A stretch of 64,000 nucleotides of DNA, taken from assembly GCA_016212525.1 (NCBI GenBank), contig JACRGD010000007.1, forward strand, positions 15,112 to 79,111, in the 5' to 3' direction. The DNA is from Candidatus Micrarchaeota archaeon (GTDB taxonomy: Archaea; Micrarchaeota; Micrarchaeia; Anstonellales; Bilamarchaeaceae). Below are positions 56,678 to 64,000 of the stretch, one piece after another; within the stretch, counting starts at the first letter, position 1, and each line of letters starts with the position of its first letter. Position numbers and translations under genes: made by a program. The notes under the pieces were generated by a model, which was not told the DNA's origin, made no database searches, and saw only the letters and a list, made by a program, of their open reading frames with translations.

Positions 56678-59600
56678 TTAGAAGTGCCTAAATTCGAAGT
56701 TAAGACGCCCACCAGTTCCAAACTCCATACTCAATTGAACATGCTTGTTTGCTACATCAGGGCATACGCCCGAAGCATATAGTGCATTATCACTCGCACG
56801 GACAAATGTATTGACCGAAGGGTTAAAGGAACCCATACCCAGATGGTTGGAATATACAAATACACCACCTTCAGAACCGGTCATACCATACAAGCTAAGT
56901 TTAGTTGCAACATCCGATTCGTTAACTCCGACTCTACCCGCACCGCAGGTTAGAGTCTGAAGAACACCACCCTGAATAAAGGAAACCGCAATGCTTACAG
57001 TCACTGGATCAGAACGCCAGAGTTTAGCGTTGAGCTCGTTAAGCTGTCGGTCTGCAAGACCAACTATACCAATGACATCGTTCATTGATCCCACCCAGCC
57101 CAATGTTGCAGCCATTTCAAATGAAGATTTTATCATTCCTACAGTCTGTGCACAGAAAACACTATCGGGTTGTCCAGATGATGCGTGCACCACTAAGTCC
57201 AGATTGATAACAGGAAGGGCATCAATAGTCAACGAAAGACGCGAACGATCTTTGAAGGGTGAATTATCAAAGTCGGCAGAAGAATTTCTTGGAGTGGTGG
57301 AGAATCCAACTCGCTCGACTGGGACATAGCCCATAAATTCCAAAAGACAAATGAGTTCGAGCTCAGATGCTGCTGCACCAGCAACAGAAACATTATTCTC
57401 ATATCTGACTTTGGTAAGGGCAGCAGTAACACTGGAAGAATTTGCTTTAATTAACTCGAACCCAGCATCGACCGGGTTAAGAGAAGGTGCATAATTTGCA
57501 ATACCAGTCAAAAACACATCCTGATAGCCAGTCTTATACGAAGCAAATTCAGAGCTCTTTAAGAAGGCAAGCTTCTCTGCGAGACTTGGTTCATCAAGCG
57601 CACATAAGGAATACAGTCTTTCTTTTGCCAAGCGGGCTCGCTCATATCGGGTAGCCGCAGGAACACTCGCATCACCACTACGGATTCGCTTTGCTGATAC
57701 AAGACTAAGAAGAAATTCACGCTTTGCCGGAGGCATATCTAGGAATTCCTGAATTTGAGCCGCTGAAACATCCGAAGAAGCTCCCGAAGCAGATTCACCT
57801 TTGTTTGTAGCCAGAACAACTGCAATCAAATCCTTTTCAGATACAGACATTTCAGCAATCATTCGCTCTGGAGTCTTTCTTCGAACTATTGCAAGGGCAA
57901 GCTCGGATAAAGTAGAATCGAATCGCTCGGTAGGCACACTAGCTGCAACGTTTGCAAGAACATACATCGCATCCATAGTAGAACTATAATATGGACCAGT
58001 TAGACTAGGTCTCCCACGTACATAGCCATCTTTTAAGGCGGCAACATAGCGTCTTGAGAGGGTTTGTGCACGATTAACCTCACGAGACTCGGACATCGGA
58101 GCAAAAACATAGGCCACTGCAGAGGAAGGAGGGAATGATCCATCAGTTACGCCAGCAAGACGGGCAACAATATTCATAATAGATCGGGCACTATCGGCAC
58201 GAACTGGAAGATGAACCGCAGCTGAGCTAGTAAGGACTTTTCCACCAGCATAGGGAGCTTCCAGATCGCCTAAAAGTGAATCGAACGAGGAAACTGCAGC
58301 ATCCAGTCTAGTTCTATAGGCAAGGCGTTTAGTTTTAGCAGCAACCCCAAGCAGAGGTTTGTTAAAGACGCCCGCAAGATCAGGATTCTTAACGATCGCT
58401 TCATTATTCATTGCAATAGCCAGTGCGTATCGCGGATTCTGGGCATAGTCAAGTCCGAAAGCAGAAACATCATAAGCATGCAATTTATCGAAACCAGCAT
58501 TGATGCGAACACTGGCAGAAAGCAGTGCTGAAATATCGGAATTAAATTCTGCATCGGCAAGAGAATGCTCAGTGGGCCCAACAATACCAGTTGCCCAGCC
58601 CTCATAAACAGCTGAAGGAGTCATTGTTCCGATTGTTCCCGCGTGTCGATACCATTTATCTTCATAACGATAAGCAACAAAAGAGTAAACTTTTGCGGAT
58701 TTAGAATCGGTTTTGGGTTTTACTACCCGAACCGGAACAACTGGAACCTTAGTTCCGTTTGGAAGAATCATAACCAAAGGTTTTCCTATTGAAACAGTTT
58801 TACCGTTGACAGAGAGGTCATTATTAGAATCAAAGGTAAAGCAGTCTGCATTTTGGGTTGCTAAAGTTGCAAGTTTTGCCTCTTCACCAGACCTCCAGCC
58901 GCCATCTGCAGGAGTTTCTCCAAAGTCAGCATGCATAAGAATTGAGAATCTCTGAGCTACCCCTGCACGCGCCTGTTTATAGGTCGCATCAAGAGCAGAG
59001 CGAACTGCACCCGTATTTGGAGTCTGGGATTCTAGCATCTTAAATGCAACTAAATAATCTGCACCAGTTGCCTTGGCCATGAATTCAGCAGCAAGACCAA
59101 AATTAGTCTGCCTGAAAACGGAATTTCTCAATTTCAAATCAAAGCTGGATGGGGTAGTACGAGCAATTGGATTGTAATCATGAATAATGGCACATAGTTG
59201 AGTGTAGGCAGGAGAGTTTGGAATTGCTTCTGCTGCTGCATCTGCCGAAAGGCGATCTACCCGATTTACAGCCAGTGCAGCTTCTTCGTATGCTTCAACG
59301 GCCGCAACGAACCGGTCGACAAATGGCTTGGATTCAGGCGCAGTAAAATGAGTCCTTACGAAATCAATAACATCAAGAGAATCCTCATTCGCCGCACCAT
59401 TAAGAAGGAAGTTAGATCTAAAGTGTTGCGACTCGACAATTGGAACTGTTGCAGCAGCAAGCTCTTTGGCTTTTTGAGTAAGAGCGGCTTTGAGTTTTGC
59501 CTGATCTGGAGATAACCGAGTTATATTAGTACGAATATCAGAACGGGCACTGGCATAACCATCAGCGACCGGGGTTGTTCCATCATTAACTAAAATAGAA

Positions 59601-60817
59601 ATAACACATTCTAATTTTTCAGAAAGCGATCCCGAACTGGGATATCTTCGGTGAAGTACATTATTCGCAACGTTGTCAGTAGCGTTTGAGGTAAACCGAT
59701 GTTGACCTCGCATATGAGCATCAAGAGAAGCAACTACTGCGGAAGCAAAAACAGCCAGATCGAAATTAACAGCACGACCACTAGTACTTTCAGCAACTAC
59801 ATACCCGGGTTCAGAAAGAAGCGATCCATCGGAAGCTCGCTTTGTGAGTTTGAAACCAAGGAAATTTCTCGCGGCAGAAGTTGTCATTTGCTCTGGAGTA
59901 ATAGGGGTTGCAGCTACTGGTTTATGAGCAGGACGGGCAACTGGAGCTGGAGCGGGTGCTACGGGAGCTGGAGAAACCGGAGCTGGCGCGGGAGAAACGA
60001 ATCCAGTCGGAGGATGCAAAACATCAACACCAGGTGGGGCAGGAGACGGAGATCTAGGAGCAGCAGGCAGAGTAGGTTGCTCGAAATCGATGACTTCGGG
60101 AGGAGATGCAGGCGCAAACGAACCAGACCCGGAAGGAACGACAATAGAACCAGAATTAGAAGCGGAAACTGGATGTAATGAACCTGTAGTAGCTGCATCA
60201 TCAACTAAAGTATCGGGCTCAGCTGCAGGTTCCGAACCAGGTCTTCGTCTTCGCACATCAGTAGCTTCATCATCCCGAACAACGCGGACTGGAAGTCCTT
60301 CTCCGGGAATTACCGGAGCACCAGGAACTCGATCCACACGAAGAAGAGAAACGCCTGGGCTGGCAGGTTCATCTAGAACCGGAGGTTGCTCAGCTGAAAA
60401 CGGAGGAGTAAATGGAATTGGAGGACGAACGACATAAGGATCAGATGGAGTTGCCGCACGATTTGGTTGTGAAAACCCGACAAGACCCATGACAAGCCCA
60501 AGTCCGGAATTGGGACTTATAGGCCCAGCTGGAGATAATGAAGATGCTGGAGGAACTAAAGAAGCACGAGCAGCATCATCAACCGCAGTAACATCATCAG
60601 GACCCAGATCAACAGGAAGAGGCGGCGGTCCTCGAGTTTCTTGAGGAGTAGGGGAAACGGGAACTGGCGCAGTAGAGGGAGGGTTTGCTTCATGCAGAGA
60701 AGCTGCCTTTGCAGAGCGAATCTGACGAACAAAAGAATCAGTTGCAGCTCTAAATGGATTGAGTGGATGACCATACCTTACATCACGACTATTTCTATAT
60801 CTAACCATAAATATCAC
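56678..60817 (-). CDS. giant hypothetical protein with Pro-rich disordered N-terminal region
   Basis: 1379 aa; first ~300 aa Pro/Ser/Ala-rich (PAPAPVSPAPVAPAPAPVARP); the remainder is not repetitive and has no known motif; start overlaps the upstream gene by 4 nt. Confidence 0.6.
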   Translation of the reverse strand: MIFMVRYRNSRDVRYGHPLNPFRAATDSFVRQIRSAKAASLHEANPPSTAPVPVSPTPQETRGPPPLPVDLGPDDVTAVDDAARASLVPPASSLSPAGPISPNSGLGLVMGLVGFSQPNRAATPSDPYVVRPPIPFTPPFSAEQPPVLDEPASPGVSLLRVDRVPGAPVIPGEGLPVRVVRDDEATDVRRRRPGSEPAAEPDTLVDDAATTGSLHPVSASNSGSIVVPSGSGSFAPASPPEVIDFEQPTLPAAPRSPSPAPPGVDVLHPPTGFVSPAPAPVSPAPVAPAPAPVARPAHKPVAATPITPEQMTTSAARNFLGFKLTKRASDGSLLSEPGYVVAESTSGRAVNFDLAVFASAVVASLDAHMRGQHRFTSNATDNVANNVLHRRYPSSGSLSEKLECVISILVNDGTTPVADGYASARSDIRTNITRLSPDQAKLKAALTQKAKELAAATVPIVESQHFRSNFLLNGAANEDSLDVIDFVRTHFTAPESKPFVDRFVAAVEAYEEAALAVNRVDRLSADAAAEAIPNSPAYTQLCAIIHDYNPIARTTPSSFDLKLRNSVFRQTNFGLAAEFMAKATGADYLVAFKMLESQTPNTGAVRSALDATYKQARAGVAQRFSILMHADFGETPADGGWRSGEEAKLATLATQNADCFTFDSNNDLSVNGKTVSIGKPLVMILPNGTKVPVVPVRVVKPKTDSKSAKVYSFVAYRYEDKWYRHAGTIGTMTPSAVYEGWATGIVGPTEHSLADAEFNSDISALLSASVRINAGFDKLHAYDVSAFGLDYAQNPRYALAIAMNNEAIVKNPDLAGVFNKPLLGVAAKTKRLAYRTRLDAAVSSFDSLLGDLEAPYAGGKVLTSSAAVHLPVRADSARSIMNIVARLAGVTDGSFPPSSAVAYVFAPMSESREVNRAQTLSRRYVAALKDGYVRGRPSLTGPYYSSTMDAMYVLANVAASVPTERFDSTLSELALAIVRRKTPERMIAEMSVSEKDLIAVVLATNKGESASGASSDVSAAQIQEFLDMPPAKREFLLSLVSAKRIRSGDASVPAATRYERARLAKERLYSLCALDEPSLAEKLAFLKSSEFASYKTGYQDVFLTGIANYAPSLNPVDAGFELIKANSSSVTAALTKVRYENNVSVAGAAASELELICLLEFMGYVPVERVGFSTTPRNSSADFDNSPFKDRSRLSLTIDALPVINLDLVVHASSGQPDSVFCAQTVGMIKSSFEMAATLGWVGSMNDVIGIVGLADRQLNELNAKLWRSDPVTVSIAVSFIQGGVLQTLTCGAGRVGVNESDVATKLSLYGMTGSEGGVFVYSNHLGMGSFNPSVNTFVRASDNALYASGVCPDVANKHVQLSMEFGTGGRLNFEFRHF

Positions 60818-63030
60818 CGATTGGACCTCTCAGAAATTTTCCGAATTTGTCTTTGTATCTGATCGGAAATTGATGAGGGATTAGCAGAATCATACATTGA
60901 GCGGATGTCACAAACTGGAAGTAAAAGTTCTGGAGGAAGTAAAAGTAAATCTCCTTTATAGTAGGAAGAAAGATAATAGAGCGTCCGGAACAACACGCGG
61001 TCAGTTCCAGAGGGAAGAGAGGTTTCTAAATCAGATGGAGCTGGAATTGAACCAAAAATATCCCAAAGAGAAACAGTTGTACCTCCAGGCGCTAACCCGC
61101 TTAGGTAGGCAAGTGAAACTGTAGCCCGGAAAAGAGCAGTATGTAAATCAGATCCGGTTTTACCACGAATAAGGGGCATATATGGTTCATAAATCTGTGG
61201 ATATGCATCAGCAGAAGTCGCATAGCTGAAAAGATCTCGGGCGATAACAGACGCAACAGCGCAGAAGGGACCGTTGAAGCGACCGTTGGGGTAAAACTCC
61301 TGGACTATAAAAGCCTCGAAGGATAGATCAGAAGAACTAGTAGCAAGGTACCCATAGTTTCCTTTAGATTTGGAAGTACCAATCTGGAGTGAATTAGAAA
61401 CAGTCAAAGGCAACTCGAATTCCCTAATTGGAGCAGGGGCAGTAACTTCGCCCCGTGAGAGGGCAGTTGCAGTAGAATATGCGTTTCTAAGGATATCAAT
61501 TCGACGAAGATTACAGGACATGTCGCGCGTGTCTGCTGCACCTCTCTCGCCAACTACATAGCGCAAATGCTCATCATCTGAGCCAAGCGGATCGATAACT
61601 AAAATTCCACCCACTGAATTGGTATAGAGTGTCGCCAGCCCGCCATCAACGCAAATTACCCGGCCGCGAGTGCGATCGGTTCGGCCTTCATGAACATCAA
61701 GAATCTTTCGCGCTCTTCTATGGCCAACATAAAAAGTATATGAACCCATTTGGGTGAGCCACGATGAAAGAGCAGAATCAAGAGACCATGCAGCAGGAAG
61801 TTTTCCCGGTAGTTGAACGGGTTCACTGTGATACATCATCGAATAGTCCCTCTTAGTTACAGCCAGAGCATGAGAACGGGTTTTAGAAGACACATCTATA
61901 TCAGCCCAGGAACAGAAAAGTGCAGTTGTACCTTTAGAATCGCCAAGCAAGTTTGCAAAATAATCATCTAATGCATCAATAGAATCGACAGAAAGTACCG
62001 GCCCTCCGTGGATAAAGAGAGCGTCATCGATCCGTATTGCTGCCTTGGTAGAGCGAACAAAATCCAATGTTCCATCCCTCTCCATTTCCTCGCATGCAAA
62101 TCTCCAGAGGTCCATCTCGCCATGATCAACAAGGTATGAAAAAGAGGATCGCTCACGAAGGAGAAAGTTTGCTAGCGAACGAGGATCATAACCGATCAAA
62201 GCGCGGGTTCGATCACATGCCGCTTTATCTTCATCATAGGCATCTTTGAATTTTTTCTCATACGAGCGAAGAATTGAATCCAGCGTATTGGAATCGAAAA
62301 GCTTTCCGATACCAGAATCGTTTATAGCTTTATCAGCAGGACCAAATAATTTGAATTCCTTCCAGGCGGAATTGAGATGACTTAGATCCAAAACAACGCG
62401 AAGTAGATATGAAAAATCATCAGCATTTGCAAAGATTTCGCGGACCTTATCAAGTGGAGTTGTCCTAAGGAGTTCGACTAAGCGCAGGAACATTGCCTCG
62501 TGATTTCCCCGAAGAGTATGAATGCGAATTTTGCCATCGGTTTCATCAGCCTGACATTGGAGATCCTGTACAAAGTCTAATACGTCCATGCCTTCTGTCC
62601 CGCGATCAACATAATCGCCCGCAAAGACGATTTGGGTTCCTTTGGGCAGATCAGTATTCAAAGAATATCGCTCGAAATAGGGGGCAGTGGGGTCAGATCC
62701 CAGATTGGCCACGATGACACCGGCTTCCATAAGTTCGCGAACTAACTCTTTTGCGTCTCCCTGGACATCTCCTATGACATAAATACGGGAGGCGTTGGAA
62801 ACTCGATCAATAGTTTGACCCGATCGGTAAGTAGGTTCTATTTTATTTAGATGATCAGCATAGGGATTGATTTTAGAATTTGTAATTTTGGGCTTCGCGT
62901 CTTTTCTGGTTCTCCAATAAGCCCTATAAGCACAGATTGCAGGAGTGTCAGCAATACCAGCACCGGAAATGTTAAGACTTCGATAAAGCCGACCATAAGG
63001 ACTAGTATGCTTCAACAATCTTCCACCCAT
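60814..63030 (-). CDS. PPP-family Ser/Thr phosphatase-like metallophosphoesterase fused to a ~400-aa unknown C-terminal region
   Basis: 738 aa; GDVQGD...GDYVDRG...GNHE motif series of calcineurin-like/PPP phosphatases in the N-terminal third. Confidence 0.65.
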   Translation of the reverse strand: MGGRLLKHTSPYGRLYRSLNISGAGIADTPAICAYRAYWRTRKDAKPKITNSKINPYADHLNKIEPTYRSGQTIDRVSNASRIYVIGDVQGDAKELVRELMEAGVIVANLGSDPTAPYFERYSLNTDLPKGTQIVFAGDYVDRGTEGMDVLDFVQDLQCQADETDGKIRIHTLRGNHEAMFLRLVELLRTTPLDKVREIFANADDFSYLLRVVLDLSHLNSAWKEFKLFGPADKAINDSGIGKLFDSNTLDSILRSYEKKFKDAYDEDKAACDRTRALIGYDPRSLANFLLRERSSFSYLVDHGEMDLWRFACEEMERDGTLDFVRSTKAAIRIDDALFIHGGPVLSVDSIDALDDYFANLLGDSKGTTALFCSWADIDVSSKTRSHALAVTKRDYSMMYHSEPVQLPGKLPAAWSLDSALSSWLTQMGSYTFYVGHRRARKILDVHEGRTDRTRGRVICVDGGLATLYTNSVGGILVIDPLGSDDEHLRYVVGERGAADTRDMSCNLRRIDILRNAYSTATALSRGEVTAPAPIREFELPLTVSNSLQIGTSKSKGNYGYLATSSSDLSFEAFIVQEFYPNGRFNGPFCAVASVIARDLFSYATSADAYPQIYEPYMPLIRGKTGSDLHTALFRATVSLAYLSGLAPGGTTVSLWDIFGSIPAPSDLETSLPSGTDRVLFRTLYYLSSYYKGDLLLLPPELLLPVCDIRSMYDSANPSSISDQIQRQIRKISERSNR

Positions 63031-63229
63031 CCCCCATTCTGTTTATATTAATAGTAAGTTATGGAAAGTGTTTATTAAGGGATGTGCTCGACCACGATAG
63101 CGCAGGAAACGATTAAATACATAGTCTCAGACGATGGGAAGCTCAAAAGACGGAAAATTTAGGTGAATAAAAATATTTGTTACTTTTTAGTGCCAAAATA
63201 GATTCAATTTGGATTAAAAAAGGGACAAA

Positions 63230-64000
63230 TTATTCCAAAAGAAGAGTTTTTATCTGATAATCACCAATTAAGATAGTTTCAAACTGATTAAATTCGCTCA
63301 ATTGAATTTTTGTCTTTGAATTTCCTCCAATTTCAATCACAATTTTCTCTCCATTAATATTGACTATATAGTCGGGAGATTTTTTAGCTCCCTTTAGAGT
63401 ATTAACCACTCCACCTATCGATTCTAAACCAAATAAAACTGATTCTTCCCGTATGCTTCCGATATCAAAAGGAACGTGCAATTGCCTGCATATGGCAACC
63501 CTCAAATTAGGATGAGTAAATAATATTTTAGGTTCTGCACGGATAAGTTTTGCCCCCCTGGCATATGGAAGAATTAACCGGATCACTTTCATTTCTTCCA
63601 AAACTTTCACAATTTCTGCCACAGATGTTTTTGAAATACGCAGATTATTTGATAAAGAGGAAAGACTTAGTTCACCTGGCGGCGAAGTTGCAAGTCGTAT
63701 TAAGAGCGATTCCATGGCATGAGTTTTTTCTAACGATAATTTTGTTATGGAAACACTATCTTCCCTTACAGATTTACGAATTGTATTGAAAATAGAATTG
63801 AGTGCATCGTCTTTATTATAATTTAAAGAAACAGGAAACCCACCGATTTCAACATACTCTTTATAGGCACGTTCAACATCATCGTTTTTTGCAACAAACT
63901 CAAGTGATTTGTCCCGATCGATCCAAAGATTTTTGGCCTCTTGCTCTTTTGCGTATTTAATATACAAAAATTCTCTTAGAGTCATAGGCAGGATAGTGTA
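63230..64000 (-). CDS. COG1373/DUF4143-family ATPase, C-terminal part (gene continues beyond right window edge)
   Basis: ORF 63230..63985 has an open frame upstream to the window end (YTILP precedes the first Met); DUF4143-like domain; second member of this family in the window. Confidence 0.6.
   Translation of the reverse strand, partial: YTILPMTLREFLYIKYAKEQEAKNLWIDRDKSLEFVAKNDDVERAYKEYVEIGGFPVSLNYNKDDALNSIFNTIRKSVREDSVSITKLSLEKTHAMESLLIRLATSPPGELSLSSLSNNLRISKTSVAEIVKVLEEMKVIRLILPYARGAKLIRAEPKILFTHPNLRVAICRQLHVPFDIGSIREESVLFGLESIGGVVNTLKGAKKSPDYIVNINGEKIVIEIGGNSKTKIQLSEFNQFETILIGDYQIKTLLLE

Larger units (their letters stand above)
50303..63030 (-). other. compositionally distinct genomic island (about 52% GC) of five large co-oriented genes of unknown function
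   Basis: GC jumps from ~38-42% to ~52% at both edges; all five genes are on the minus strand with 4-bp overlap, 115, 12 and 2 bp spacings; proteins are Ala/Pro/Arg/Val-rich and Lys-poor, unlike flanking host proteins. Confidence 0.65.

Overview
This window looks like a 64-kb stretch of an AT-rich (about 38-42% GC) archaeal chromosome with genes on both strands. It is dense with replication and translation core genes: MCM helicase, Orc1/Cdc6, primase PriL-PriS, LeuRS, Nop5, Trm5, RpiA, TpiA and GMP synthase subunit B. The histidine operon hisD-hisC-(HAD phosphatase)-hisB-hisG-hisH-hisA ... hisF-hisIE is interrupted by a compositionally foreign antisense ORF. An iron-homeostasis cluster holds a DtxR-family repressor, an FTR1 permease, a Cys-rich small protein and a candidate operator palindrome, and a VIT-family transporter lies elsewhere. 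Six tRNA genes are present: Thr, Gly, Ser, initiator Met, Ala and Pro. tRNA-Thr, tRNA-Ser and tRNA-Pro carry canonical-position introns, and the Thr and Ser introns are mutually homologous. The most unusual region is a 12.7-kb block at 50.3-63.0 kb with about 52% GC. It holds five large co-oriented genes: a PPP-phosphatase fusion, a 1379-aa Pro-rich giant, a coiled-coil protein, an Ala-rich protein and a C-terminally membrane-anchored protein. Their amino-acid composition (Ala/Pro/Arg/Val-rich, Lys-poor) is foreign to the host, and I could not recognise any of them beyond the phosphatase domain. Other notable items: a perfect 24-bp tandem array of alternating palindromes beside tRNA-Thr; GC-rich structured non-coding blocks sharing a GAGCGAAGC core that recur next to tRNA genes and inside the tRNA-Pro intron; a 31-bp duplication of the tRNA-Pro 3' end that resembles an att-site footprint; an RD/RE-rich low-complexity tail on Nop5; and a secreted protein built from seven Cys-rich modules. 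Coordinates derived by hand (tRNAs, repeats, motifs) are approximate to within a few nt.
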